The notes beneath the pieces were generated by a model. That model did no database searches. It was not told where the DNA came from and was given only the letters and a program-made list of their open reading frames with translations. This document shows, one piece after another, positions 13,862 to 28,700 of a stretch of DNA of 64,000 nt. The stretch is from Paragordius varius (lineage: Eukaryota; Animalia; Nematomorpha). Every line of letters starts with the position of its first letter. Within the stretch, counting starts at the first letter, position 1. The stretch spans positions 7,626,001-7,690,000 of the forward strand of contig OZ176055.1 in the NCBI GenBank assembly GCA_964247055.1, read 5' to 3'. The position numbers and the translations under genes are program-made.

Positions 13862-15692
13862 TTTTATCTATAACTTTATATAAATTTTAGCGATTTGACT
13901 GTTTTTTTCTACAAATTTTATTAGTTTAACCACCTATGAACCAAGAACCACTCTTATTTATTATGACAATTAATTATTTGAATTTCTATTATTATTAAGG
14001 TTTAGTTTTATAATACCCACATCTAGTCCCTTTTTAATATATATATATATATATATATATGTAACCTAATTTCATAATTTTTTAAAACCAAGGCTACTAC
14101 TTTTTATATAACTAATAATTATATATTATTTGCACATTCATTGCAATGATTAAAATGCAATACACTATTTATCAATTGTAAAATATAAAATATACCTATG
14201 TAAAGTTATTAAATAAATATCTGATTTAGCTATGCTTTTTATAATATATAATCAATTATCAGTTTATTGTTAAGATAATTTTAGTGTGAGTAAAATACAT
14301 TGCTAGAATCATTGTTTATTGCTAGATAGCATTTACAGCAAAGTGTAATATAACTGTTTAAAGTGGGTGCATATGAAATATATATCTTTTTGTTTTTTTC
14401 TTCCTATTAGCCAATAGAATTGCTTTTTATGTAAAAATATTAATTGCAAACTAGCAATCTATGTTTATTCAAATTATAATTACATGGCAGGACAAACTGT
14501 CGACAATATATTGCGGATATTTCTTTTATATTACGAGTTATAACAGTATATGCTGTAAAAATGGCACTGATTAAATTATTTGTCAATTTATCCGGGATCT
14601 TTATGCTTAGGCTTTTTATTAACCTAAAGTATAAGTTTCAATTATCACATAAATCTAATCATATTTTTTATTAGTAAATTCGAGCCAGAATGATGTATAT
14701 TACTTATGCATGCCAGATTATTTTAATATTTGTTTATATGAAAGAGATTTTGCCCCTAATATTATAATAATTATATAATTATATTATACTTATTAATATT
14801 GCGATATTTTTATTTAAGAATTTAAGTAAAGCCCCAAAATAGAACAAGTAACCTACATGATAATATGAAAATGAAACGTTAAATAGGTGCAGGCCGCCAT
14901 TTAAAGTAATTAATCAACATAAGAGTTAGTGCCGAATTAAGATATTAGCCTAAATCTTACCGAGCATATAAAAATATAAGTTTATCGATATATTCCAATT
15001 ACGATTCAACAAATCAATCATTATGTTTGATTGCATATTTTGTGGTTTTAGAAATTTTGATATATCGGCTATAAAAGATTTAGATATTATTCAAGAACCC
15101 ATCAGACTACAGGATAAGGTATTCAAAGACACACTAAACATTATAATTTTAAGTCGGTAGAGACATCCACTAAGCTCTTGTAATAATTGGTATCAAAAAT
15201 AGGGTAGCTCTTGTAAGGAGATTTTGCGGATCTTGAAATTATCGGCACAATGCATGGGCGAGTTTTATATTCACAAATGAAAATCGAGAACATTACGAAT
15301 CCTTTTCCCAGGTTTAATGGCCATCACCGGTAGGTTTAATAAAATGTGGAACGATGGTAAACCTTTAATTTTTAACCTACATCTCATTTTGTACATTTTT
15401 AGTCATACTGACAACTTTTACTTTAATTGGCAGGGTAATGCTAATTCATACCAATGATAAAAAATCATCTTGCTTTTGTTGGATGAATTGAAAAATAATA
15501 AAACCATTCAAAGTGCAATAGCATACATATAAAAGTAATATAAATGATTACCATTTTGAAATCATCTGATGCGATACTAGATCTCGATGTTTAAATCAAT
15601 CAAAATATAATGCTAATCCGGTCGAGGTGTTTAATAAGTAATATATGAAATATACCGATGTTATTCACTTTTTTGTGATCATTTTTATCAAT

Positions 15693-17166
15693 TTACTAGC
15701 GTAAATCTCGTGCTGCTACGCAGCCCGAGGAAGTCCTTTGGACTTCTGGGGGGGGGGGGGGGGGGGGCTATTTGAAAAAAGGGACAATAAATGATCCACA
15801 TATGTGGATTCTTTCGAAACATTATTTAATAGCTATGATCTCATAGGAATTTAAAACGGTGCATTCATACTAATATATTGTTTACTTGGGGAAAAAATTT
15901 CAAAAAACTATTTTTGTGGATTTTGTTTTTTTGAAAAAAATGGCATATTACGGGGCAAGCGGGTAAAAAGAGGGCCTAAATTAAAAATGCAAACCGACTA
16001 TGTTCGGCGCAATCGAAAATATTTGAAATTGAATGGTCCAACACGTTCTCCGGAAAATTGTCTCAAAGACACAATTTTTGTGGACTTCTGTTTCAAAAAA
16101 AACCGTTTTTTACACGGGATGGGCCCGAACTGGGGGCCTAGTTCAAAAAAGGGCGAAGCTATTGTCGGGGCATTCATTAATGATTATATTATTTTGATGT
16201 TTGGATTTTAATGGGTTTACAAGTTTTCCGGAAACAGAATGCGGCACGAAGTTTTAAAATGATTCACATAGTTTCATTAGTTTTCTGAACTTTGGCTCCA
16301 AAGGTATGCCGTATCGATATGATGGCGCAGTTATAAGCGGGTAGCCCCCTGCCCAGAGGCCAATATAAAAATGTACTTAGATAAAAAAATTTGCCTTTAT
16401 ACCTGTAATCATCGTTCATTCCTAATAGTTTATGGAAGAATGGCTTCAAAACTAAATAATAGTTCAATGATAGCGCATTTTTTAGGGAGTAAAGGGCCTA
16501 TTTAACGGCTAATTCAAAAAATCCGCTTGACTAAAATTTTTGACTTTTTACGTGTAATACTTTAAGCAGTTATTGAACTCATATGGTTGATAGGTTTTCT
16601 GAAATTTAGCTCCAAAAGCACGCTATTTCGATATGACGGGTCAGTTTTTCACGGGTAGCTTCTTATCCAGCAGCTATTATCAAAAAAACGCTTGACTAAA
16701 ATTTTTCATTTTAACAGGGAATACATAGAATCCCTATTGAATTTTTACGGTCTCATACCTTGAGCAAAAAATAGATTAAAAAAATTATTTTTGTGTTTGT
16801 TTTTTGAAAAAAATGGCATTTTACGGGGGAATGGGTAAAAAGAGGGCCTAATTTAGAAAAGCGAGCCGACTATGTTCGGCGCAATCGAAAATAAGTAAAC
16901 AAAAATTATATTTGAAATCGAATGGTCCAACACGTTCTCCGGAAAAATGTCTCAAAGACACAATTTTTGTGGACATGTTTTCAAAAAAAACCGTTTTTCA
17001 CACTGGGTGGGCCCGAACTGGGGGCCTATTTCAAAAAAAAGCAAAGCTATTGTCGGGGCATTCATCAATGATTATATATTTTCGACATCTGGATTTGAAT
17101 GGGTCTACCAGTTTTCCGGAAACAGATCACAAAGCCACCACTTTCCATTTTTATAAATATATAGAT
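15693..17166 (+). mobile_element. Non-autonomous Helentron/Helitron-associated (HINE/DINE-like) element with internal repeats
   Basis: Starts TTACTAGC followed by a hairpin CTCGTGCTGC-TAC-GCAGCCCGAG (15707-15729) and a G20 run (15748-15767). Contains internal duplicated blocks and ends CTTTCCATTTTTATAAATATATAGAT, which resembles the termini of this element class. No transposase. Confidence 0.45.
15905..17126. repeat. Direct repeat of about 340 bp (15905-16238 and 16782-17126), itself made of two related ~165-bp subunits; a second repeat pair lies at ~16287-16400 and ~16597-16720
   Basis: Long shared strings, e.g. ccgactatgttcggcgcaatcgaaaata, aatggtccaacacgttctccggaaaa, gggcccgaactgggggcct and aagctattgtcggggcattcat. 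ORFs 15987..16211 and 16912..17187 are near-identical translations of the repeat. Confidence 0.9.
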
Positions 17167-20100
17167 AATATAGATATTAAATATTAATCTCAATAACTAT
17201 TTTATAGGCATCAATTTAACAAGGAGCATAATAATTTCAAACAAGAAACTAAATAAATATTTGGATACAATTGCGTAAGTTAGTTTTCCAATCCAAGTAT
17301 TTGTGTAAATTTGTTTTCAATCATAAAATTTATGAGTCAAAAAACATTTGGGGTCATGCCTGAGCATTGCATTTTTTGTTAACCAAACTTTAAATATTTT
17401 GATTAATAATTTTTTCTGACTTATATATAATTTTTAACATATAAAATCAATTGTTTTTGATACATATTTTTAGATTATATTAGTTCCGGCAGAATCCCTT
17501 CATGACCGACCGTGATTGTGTCATTGATAAAAATTACCAGTCAAAAGCCTTCATAATATGTTAATTAATACATTAAAATAAAATAATGAAAATAAAATAA
17601 ATTTAACCCAGTCCTAAATCTGATATAATAAAAAAAAATGATTACAAATATTTGGAAATTATAATTCGCAAAAAAATTTTTCCCAAAAAAGTAGCATGCG
17701 ATGGCCAAATTCTATCCGAAAATAGATTATCTAAATGCTATGTACTCAATGTTTTTTAGCAAATTCTTAATTCTCATTTTATATTGATAATCGTTTAATT
17801 AATTAAATCAAAAAATTAGTTAACAAAAATATTATATGAATTTAGTTAGAAATGTTAATTTTAATATATTTTTTTACAAGATTAAAGATGGTTTGAAATT
17901 ATATATTTTCACATTTTTCGAGGGCCAGTTATTTATCCCCTGGTTTGTTTGTCTTTAAGATTATTAGTATTATTATAATATATGTCGCATTATTGTTGGG
18001 TTACACTTATGTTTTAAGTGCTACGTAATCTAAACATCATATATTATTAATGAAATGGAATCCTGTTAAAACTTTTAAAATTTGATGCTTTTTCACAATA
18101 ATTAAATATAAATTAAATATTAATTAAAATTAATGGTTTTTAACATTATTTTCTTATATATCTTTTATTAAAAATTAATAAAATTTAAATTGCGTTTTTA
18201 TTAAATCTAAAATATTCGGATGCAATTGATAAGATATGCATATAAAAATATATTAGATTTACAATTTCAAAGTGTTGCTTTAAATTTCCTTTTATGCCTT
18301 CTGAATAATATTTAAGTTGTCTCATAAATTTTAAATCCTAATTACTTGAATTAACACATTTACAAAACGAAATGTAAAATTTTAGCATAAATAATTTATA
18401 AATTTTCGGATTTATCGGAAAAAAATAATTTTTTAAATACCCTATTTATCTATTTTTGTTAAATATTCTACTTAATAAAAAATAATTTGGGTGATTTAAC
18501 AATGAAAAATTTTATATGGTGTCTTATTTTCTTCTTTACACCCCTCCTCTGCAATTTTATTACCGGGCAAGGATATGATAAACCGAGATTTCATAAGATT
18601 TTGCTACCCGAACCTATGTATAAAATGTATCGAAACAAAGGTTTTTCTCTATATGATAACAGGTAAATTTTATTATATATATATATATATAATTTAACTA
18701 CGCATTCACTAGGAATTGTATTTAATGGGAGGTTTAACTTCTCAAAAACAATTCTATAATCGGTTTCAAGATTTTGGGACCACTCAGGTTATATAAAAGA
18801 TCTAACCCCGTTTTTCTGAAGCCATATTGAATATAAGTGGGTTTTCAATAGTTATATTTTAGTAAAAATGATAAATTCCAATTTAGTTGATACCCTTTAT
18901 AATAGCATACCGTTTAGTACGTAAGGATATTTTTCAGTTATTAATTTTTCGACTCAAACACATTACGCGTGATATTTGTTATAATTTGAATAGAATCTTA
19001 TATTTAAATTATTTTATATACACCCCCTTCGCCGAAAAACGGTGAATAAAAAAATATGTTTAACATTAACTAAGATACAGACGTGAGACGTGATTGTAGA
19101 GTCGTTATGCATTGGACTCGCACCTTAAGTGTGTGAGTATATCCAAGTTAGATACGGAAAACTGCACTTTTTCATCCTCACTGTTAGCCTTGGGCAGTCG
19201 CGTTAAGCCTTTAAGGGCCCTGAAAATATATCAAACCTTTACCCTTTACTTTAAAAAATCTACTCTGTACATTTTTATTTAATTAGATATATTCGCTTAC
19301 TGATTACTTCAGTATGCGGAACATATAAATATTACAGATACAAAAAACTTCATAATCAACAAATTACACTTTTTCATCATAAAAAATATCAAAAACTTTT
19401 TTGTTTTTTGCATAATTAATTTTAAAAAGTAATATTTATATTCTTTTAGCAACTTTTACAGAAGATTCAATCTTTAAAGTAGCTGATTGTGTTAAAAATT
19501 TAATACGGTAACTAAATGTTTAGTAAATCGACATCTCACTTAAGTAAAGAAAGAATTATGTAAAGCGTTGTTAAGGTAGTAAGTAACATAGTAGAAACGT
19601 TTATGATCAATGACACATTAAATATGAATGCTATTCTATAATCCCATGCCCAAGAAACACATATTGGTTAATTATTATGCTCATAACCCCCGAAAACTGA
19701 ATTATTTTGAACTCAAAATAAAACATGTTTGGAGAATTTTATGATAATATAAACTACTTGTTCTAATAACCCTAAAAACGCTTATTTTTTAATTATTTAA
19801 GTCCACAGTTGCAATCCCATTGTAAAAATTATATATGCATACAGTGTACATAATTGAGGGATATAAAAAAAATCATGATAAAAATAAATGTGTTCTAATA
19901 GAAAAATGCATCAGGATTCTATTAATGGTGTGCTTATAGATATGAAAAAGGAAAACCCTTTTTATGGCATGTGACCCAAAATTAATATTACACATTGGGA
20001 GGAGTGATTTAATATTAGGAAACACTGTTTCCTTAGCTTTTTTAATAGATTTCTTAATTTGGAGTGAATAAAAAACTAAGGGAACCCTAAAAAATTAACA

Positions 20101-20766
20101 TTAGTTTTTAGGAAACACTTGTTTTCAAGTGAATAAAAAATATATTAAAGGAAATCCGACATATTTTTAGAATCCTTAAATATATATAAATTTTATTGCA
20201 GATAGTAGAGGATTAAACAAGGCAATTAGAGCTAATATGGTTTTATATTAGATTCAATAAGTTTTAAATTTTAGGCTTCAGAGTATTTATATATTTTAGA
20301 TTTTTCTAGTATATTTGGACTACAGTGTAGAAATATTCAAATTAATTAAATGTTTGCTCCGCGATCTTTGATAAAAAAACAAAAAAACATATAAAACACG
20401 CAAGAGAATCAATATATCTGAAATAAAATGAATTCCAAACAATAAATTTCATGACAAAATATTTTTCCCTGAATCCGATGAAAGAAGAGGAGGAGCCCTG
20501 AGTCCGCGACAAAAATAAGAATTTTTTTAAGATTTCCTGCAGATCCAGGTCATCAAACTACTATTAAGCTAGTTTTTGGGGTGTATTTTTAAACAAATCT
20601 CATTTCTTATGTTGTGCAAGCCACAAAAATTTAAAGTCAATTAGTATCTTATGTTCTTGTCAAATGAAAATTTGTATAGTAATAAACTATTAATAACATT
20701 TATAAATCAAAATTTACTATTTATTATCAGAAAATGTGAAATAGATTGTCATAATAAGTTAGGATA

Positions 20767-20898
20767 ATTTCTTTCGATTCTGCACGATATTTTATGATAA
20801 AGTTTTTAGGAAATTTCTTCCAATTCTGTGCGATATTTTATGATAAAGTTTATAGAAAAATTCCTTCCGATTCTGTGCGATCTTTTATGATAAAGTTT
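20767..20898. repeat. Tandem minisatellite, about 3 copies of a 46-bp unit
   Basis: Unit att(t/c)ctt(t/c)c(g/a)attctg(c/t)(a/g)cgat(a/c)ttttatgataaagttt repeated head to tail. Confidence 0.85.
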
Positions 20899-22150
20899 CC
20901 GGTGGTACCTTGTATTTTTTTAATTACGCTTTTCATGTTATCGGTTTTCCTAATGTGATCCATTTCATAAATATCATATGTTTCTATTTTTCGCAGCACT
21001 ACATATGGATTATAGATTTATTTACTTTGGGTTATTTAAAATATATTAATTATTAAATTACTTTACTAGAAGTGCTATTAATTTTTCCATAGGTATAGTA
21101 TCATATATCAGATTTGGGCATGTTTTTTGTTTTTAGGAAACACAAGGGTAAATCAGATGTTTTTTCATTAATGATAAGGAAACCCTTTCTTTGAAAAAGT
21201 GAGCATAGGAAACACTTAAAGGGTTTCCTTTTTTATTCAATTCACCCATTGTGGATAAAAAATCTTATTTTTGGTGGGGACAGATTACACCATTCCAAAA
21301 ATTAAAATATATCATAGCCGAGCTCCGGTCATACATTTTTGGACTCCGCTAATATGGGATAGATTTTTTTTATTATTAAAAATTGGGAAAAATTATCTAA
21401 TTTGGGTCTAAAATCAATTTGATAATTCTGATTCGAAACCTTAGGGTGGCTTTTAATAGGTAATATGTGGTTGAATCAGTTTAATTAAATATTTTCTTTG
21501 AAACATATTTTTGCATCTCACCAGCATGGGGTCTAATTAATTCATTTTGAAAATACTAATCTCTATTACATATATGTTAGGATGAATTCCAATTATGATT
21601 CGAATAAACTATTTAAATATACCGATGGTTTGTACAAGGCTCTGAAGGGCATCAGGTTGATATACCATACAACAAAAATAATTTTCTCAACAATTATGGA
21701 TTACATTTTTTATATTCATTTATAGAAGGGATAACATGGTGCCAAGAAGAATTAAGAATGAAATTTATACATTACAAACCGATTTTGATGGAAAGTAGCC
21801 GTAAATAATATTAAAATTATGGCAAAAAGCATGCTTGTAATTTATCATATATATAAATTATTTTATTGACCTTAAATGTATTTAAAATAAAATATAAATG
21901 AAATATTAATATAAATCAAAATTGTGTTATTATCATAATTGTATTCCTATTTACAAAAAAAAAGATTAAAAAAGTAAGTATGTAAAAATAAAACACTCAA
22001 TTTGACTATATGTAGCTTAATGCGGTTATCCTAGGTAGATGATATGTAATGAAAATTAAAAGTCAATTTTTTTTAAAAAATAATATTTGTTAAAAACAAT
22101 AAAAAAGGCTTAAAATATATAATCACCAGGGTATATGTGGGATAGATGTG

Positions 22151-22966
22151 CTAAAATATGGTTAAAAATAGAATTAATGATAGAAGGGTATTAATAACCC
22201 CAAAAGAAAACAATTTGAAGTTAGGAACTGAACCGGAGGAGTTTAAAAAATAATTTGGTGGCTTGGCAAAAATGATATCCATGATAGGCGCTGTAGTTGG
22301 CTCCATGTTTTCTGCAAAAAAATATGGAAATATATAATTTTAGTAATATTTCAACGACCACCAAAGGGAACATCTACCCATACTTTTTATACTACAGGTG
22401 TTGGGCCTTATAAAAAATTCGAAAAAATATTATCCAAAATTTTCTGATAATATAATAATGGTTATTTTTGTCGTATGAGAAATTATCAAACCTGCTTTGG
22501 TTACTGGTGGAGGTGGTCTAGTTGGTAATTTGAATTTTGGCATATAATATTTTTTATTTGTGATATCATTCCCATTTTGTCGGTTAGACATTGTAGTAAT
22601 AAATGGCCAGGATCTTGTGGTAGTTTTAATACTGTGTTTGCGATAGAGTGTTGATATAGTAGGTCGAGTGGCCAATGATGATTTAAAGGTAACATTTTTT
22701 ACTCTCTGAGTTTCATATAACTTTGAGTTTACTGTGCTTGTTACAGCCTTGTTCGATTTGATCTCAGGTGATTTCCTTATAGCTGTAACATTTTCAAAAC
22801 TGAATGATGTGTAAGTCGGTGTGTTAGTTGAAGTAGTTGTATTGTTAAAAGAGAAATTAATGTATGTGGATTTGAGTTTAGGATTACTAGTCCATGAGCT
22901 TGTTTGCGTATATGATGGGGGAGAATTCGTGGTAAATATTATGGTTGGTTCATTTGTATGAAGATC

Positions 22967-22997
<31 letters not shown>

Positions 22998-25708
22998 AAA
23001 TATAATTAAAATGTTGATTAGAAAATCTGTCTGTGAGATTAAAAAATTTACCATCAATTAAGAGGGCCCTGGTGTCCATATCATAAAGTTTAGTAGTGCT
23101 ATGTGTAGTGACATCTGAATCTCGATAAAAGTTACGATAGTTACGTATTTCTTCTAGCAATTTGGTGAAGTTTTGAACCTGAGTAACTAACGAATCATCA
23201 TTGTTGATTGTTTTAGCTACTATATTTTCTTTTTGCATCATCTCAGATGATTTTACATTGGGCAATTGGTGATGGACAATAGGGACTGGATTGTATTTTA
23301 TTGTGGGCATATGCTTTTGACCATCCTCTAAATACTGTAAAAGAGGATGAGTCGAGGTTATTTCATCGGTATTGGATAAAAAACCTCGAATAAGAGATTT
23401 GGGATTAGATCTTAGAAAAACGGGTTCTCTAGGAGTAACATAAGTTCTTTTTATAGGTCTTATAGTTTTTTCATCTCCAAACCTATTTGTGGTTTTGCTA
23501 CCTATTAACAAAGGAAAAGTTTTCACTGGTCTTGATGTAGCACGATTCAACTTATATAAATAGTTATAACTGTTATCATTAGTTAAGTTATTATAATAAT
23601 TATTATCATTAAATCCAGTTTTATATTCGTAGTCTTCATATAAATTATTTTTGGATTGTATGAACTGGTTCGGGCCTCGGTTATAACGTTGTAGATTCGG
23701 TCTCCAGCGTGTACCGTATGAAAAGGGAGCTCGTTCGAAGTTGAGCTTTTGTTTGTAGTGCGATTCCTCACCGTTCACTGTAGTTGGATTTCTTTGATCT
23801 AATTTTCTCAGGCGTTCCAAAAATCCACGGTTTGGTTTCGACCGTGAAGGACTCTCTAATTCCATGTCGTTATCATTTATTTTATCGCCTTCTATAATTA
23901 AGGGTTCTTCCGGTAAAATTTCTTCAAACGGTTTGTCCGGTAAAGGTTCATCGCCAAATGATATATCCAAAGGAATATCATCTAGCAAAGCTTTACCGGT
24001 TTGTGGATTCTGTTCTTGTTTATCGTTTGGTGATCTTACAATTTGAACATTATCATTTAACTGTTGAACGATAACGCTTTTACTATTGTGCTCCTCTAAA
24101 TTCTCCAAGTTGCCATAGTTTTTCGCAGACTCATCATTTCTGTAGTCAGATTCCGACTCTTCAAACGTTCTTGCATTAAATATACTTTTTCCCTCGTTTG
24201 GCGGCTTTTTATGATTTGGGTCATCTAGTCTGTCTCCGTTAACAATTTTTCTGACATGATCCCTGTTGGTAGGAAGTCGAGTAGGTTGTCTCTGGTTTAA
24301 GCGCTCAATTTGAGTAAAGGTTTGAGCATTGATAGGAAATTCGGGTGATAGGTCGGCTTGTGCATCGTTACCAAATATGTCTTCATTCAGAGAGAATTCT
24401 GATTGCAAACGTTGTCCTTCCCATTTTGAAGGTGTAAGAGAGTAGTTGTTGAAATTTTTCGATTCTGAAATTTCTAAATTATGATTTGGATATTCAGAGC
24501 CCCATGCTTTTATTGAAGAAGATGGTTCAATCAGTTGGGAGTATTCATCTTTGTAAATATTGGGTGATTTATCTCTAATTTTTTGTTCTTTAAATATGGC
24601 AAACATTTCCACGTTATTTGTGGATGCCGTAGTACCATTTATGTATTCTAACATTTGACTTTGTATGGTCGAGCCACATTTTGCTACAAAATGGTATAGA
24701 AAAAAGGGTAAAAACAATAATAAACGAGAGCTATTATAGACTATTTAGTTATTTGAAATTCCTAAAATGGTGTTTAATTTACTCATTGCCATGTATGAGA
24801 TTTTTTATTTTCATGTTACATAATTAATTAAACCACATTCAAGATGCTGGTAAAAATGAAAAATTACATATCTGTCAACAGACATGTAAATTAAATCCCC
24901 TTTTATCTTTTTGAAATACCTAAATGGCCTATAATAGCTCTCACTATATAAAAAAAAATTTATACCAATTTGAATGAGTTCAAATATAAACGCGGGTTTT
25001 ACAATATCGAACCCGAATTTAAGGAAAAGGGCATAGGAATGTGCATTACACTCAGTATCATCTGTTATTATGATTCGAAGCCGTTTACTTTCTGGATTCA
25101 TATTTTCTATAAACTAACAATGCAATAAAATGTAAAAATTAAAAATTATATTTTGGTTAAAATTTTACATATGGAAAAAAATTCCAAATAATTCGCTTCC
25201 TTATGATCTATAAGTAATCACGGAAAGAATTACAACTATCTAACATATAATATAAGAAAATATTTAGTTACGAAAATATGCGCAGCCTTTATGCCTTGTC
25301 ATAAGCAAACTTTCGAGTTTTTTGTGAAATCCTTCTTCCCAAAAGTTAAACAAGATTTTATCGATTAGGTAATATAAACCCTAGGCATTTAAAAAGAACT
25401 TTGATTTACCATTGGTATTTTGATTTTTAAATTATATAATTGTTTTTTGTCGCATAACTGCCTATTAAAAGATCGTATCTAAATCACCATTGCTACGGAA
25501 AATTCCTTTAAGGACATAGGCTTTGAACATCAATATATAAAAACGCGTAACAACCTATACCATTTTATCTGTTAATGTGGTTCATATAAACTAATACTTA
25601 CCCAACAATAAATGTGTCCATCAGAACTTTGGGTCAATAGTATTCTTTTGAGACTCGGAATAGTCGGTACGCTTGATAACAAACAAGTGTGACCTATGTT
25701 CGCAGGCA

Positions 25709-25740
<32 letters not shown>

Positions 25741-28700
25741 AATTAAAATTACCAAACATTTATATATACTTGTTAAAATGGATTGAAAGTCGGAGCATTC
25801 GGCTTTGTCAGAATCCATATTTAATATTGAGTTGTCTAAACAATCATCGAGAATATAACGACAATATTCTTTGTTAAACCGCGAAGTAGTAATCGACTGT
25901 ACCATTGACAATTCATACTGCCCATCTATGTGACAGGGAATTGGGGTATGAATCCCTGATGAATCTAAAAAATTTGTATATTAAACAAATCGATTTTTAA
26001 AATAATTTTTAATTGTCACGGCATTTTTCAAACTATAAAAATGGGTTTATGCTTTGCAAAATAATATGCATTCCATTGATTTTCACACAAACGCGGCTAA
26101 TTTTTAAGATTATCCCGGGATTAAAAAAATAATATCAATATAATACTGTTAATAAGTAGAGAGGCCGCCCTTAAACAGGTATAAAAATATAAAAAGTACC
26201 CAAAACAACTTTCATTTCCTTGTTTCGATATCTATTAGAATATGGAGGGTAATCATCTACAAAGCTATCCTCATCGCACACAACTTCCTCCACAATGGGT
26301 AGAGTATCAAAACTTTGCCCTATTCGATAACCCATTTGACTTAGGCTCTTGCGTCCACCAAGGACAGCTTTTGTATTATTGAAATTATAAGTAGGTTTAG
26401 CGAATTGCAAACAGGTAAATCGCGGTTTACATTCTGTGTTTTGGGACGGTACAACAAATTTACTATAAACTATGTAAGTGTATAAATTTTGTTCATCTTC
26501 ACCATATTCACCATTTTGTGGGGAGGAAACCTGCAATGTTTTTCTATAAAGACTCACACATTGAAAAGAGGATTGATGTTTGGGATGATGGAAGGTGGAA
26601 TTTGCTATAATAATTTCTTGGTCTGTCCCAGGAATTAGCCATGAGCCTTGCAATTCGGGTGCAAATTCACAAGGAGGTGTAAAGACTTCACGTTTGTCTA
26701 AAAGTAAAATATTATAATTTACAGTTCAAATTCACCCTAAAAATTAATTATGTGTATTCGGGCTAATATAAGTCATTATTATTTAAATGTAATGTATCTT
26801 TATAACGTATTATATTATTTTTTCAGCATTATATAAATTTTAAACAGAATTTATATTTTAAAAATATATAAAAAGTAAATTTTTCTCTTAAAAAAACACA
26901 TAATTTATTTTGTGAATTTGAATTGTTTTAAGGTGAATTTCAATTGTTCACGGGTGAATTTAAATTGATTAAGGTTGAATTTAAACTGTAAATGGTATAT
27001 TTAAATAAAAAAGCGTTTCAAAACCATTAAATGTTAAAAAATATTTTGGCTAAGTGTAAAATTTATAAATATATTCTCTGTTATAATCCATAATTTAGTG
27101 ACTTTTGGTATAAAAAAAACTCAAATTTACTGCATATGCCACACGTTTTTAGACAAGATAATTGTTGAAGTTTTTGATCACAGTAACCCAAGGGTTTTAA
27201 ACTTTCACATGTGTCGGTTTCGTCGGCGCAAAATCCTGTTTCTAGATTTGTCATATTAACAAATTATAATCATTTTTCTACACTTATGGAGATTCTAATT
27301 GCTCCATTACTTATAAATAAAATACAATTTAATGAGTTTGTTTTAGAAATTATATATTAAAATATGATTGGCAAAAGTGTTGTTTGATATATAATACAAT
27401 CATTATATCGTAATTTAGATTAAGTTTTATAATCTATTTTTCTGAAGTAATCATTTTTTAAAGATGGGCTCGAAAAAGCTAGATATCAAATTAAATTGGG
27501 CATGTGAACCATAGTTTACGATTATGTATCATTAAATTTAATAAAAATAATTAAAACCTGCCGGCCAAAATGTTAAACGGTAATGTCGTATGCTTTTTGG
27601 TGATGGTTCTGGAGAAGTATCGCATTTCATATCTAAGAAGATGTATGACGTTTTAGAATTCTCCAATATCGCCGAACCGGTGGATTTAAAATTTTTGGGG
27701 AATCGCTAAAAAATATTTACAAAATATATTTTAGTACACATGGTTTATAATTAACCGAAACAATATATCAACCTGTAGGTGGCTAAATTACTTTATCATT
27801 TTTAAAAATTTTAAAATCACATAACTGGTAGGTATATATTTTGTGATGGGCTAAATTTAAAGTAGGTTTCCTATTTACACAGAATATAGATTGTTCTTAA
27901 TAGAAATTTATTAAATAATAATGATGTAAAAACTTAAATTACCAAACACCATTCTGTCCAAGGGGGTGGCTCTCTATCGGCATCAACTCTTGCGGCAATA
28001 ATATATATCTGATCATCGCTTGTCCAAGATGCAAAACATTGTAAGTTTTCAACTAACCAATTTTTATCAATAATATAAATTAATTTTTACATAAGTGCCC
28101 AAAAATAAATTATATTTTCGGTAATAATTTTTTTCAAAAAATCAAATATTATGTATCGCTATATTTTTCCGTATTTTAATGATATCTTTATAGCTATAAA
28201 TTCCTCTCACAAATGTAAATGATCTTGATTTATCGTTCTATATTATCCAGAAAATATTTAACAAAATTCACTAAAACACAGCCCATAATCTTTTAGATTA
28301 AAAAATATCGATTTAGCTATATTAAAAACGAGCTGTATCTAATGTAAAGATTTACACAAAACAAAGGCTTTCAATCGGTCGCAAAAAAGTGAAACCGGAA
28401 CCTGGCTGATTCCTAAGAATTAAAAAATAAACAAGAGTGGATCCTAAAATTGGAAATGGAACCTGGGTATGAAACTGAAACCGGATTGGTTTCAACCCAA
28501 CGGAACCGGTTCCTACTAAAAGAACCAGTAGTTTCCGTGTTGCCACGGTTTTGGTTCGAAGCCCTGCATAAAACTTATTTTTTTATCTAAAATAGCTGGT
28601 ATTTTTATACAATTTAAAAAGTAAATTGTTTTAATACAACGTTATAAGGAAAATCACGATATATTACAGACGTTGGGCAAAAAAGAAGTCTAATTTAAAG

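Noticed and set aside
20767-20898. CRISPR-like array from regular repeats (also the 21-bp units at 39976-40310)
   Set aside because: The repeats are head to tail with no unique spacers, there are no cas genes, and the DNA is eukaryotic.
22966-22993. Apparent microsatellite frameshift or phase-variation switch ending ORF 22966..24717
   Set aside because: A normal GT-AG intron (23051-22966) removes the TA run and restores the frame.
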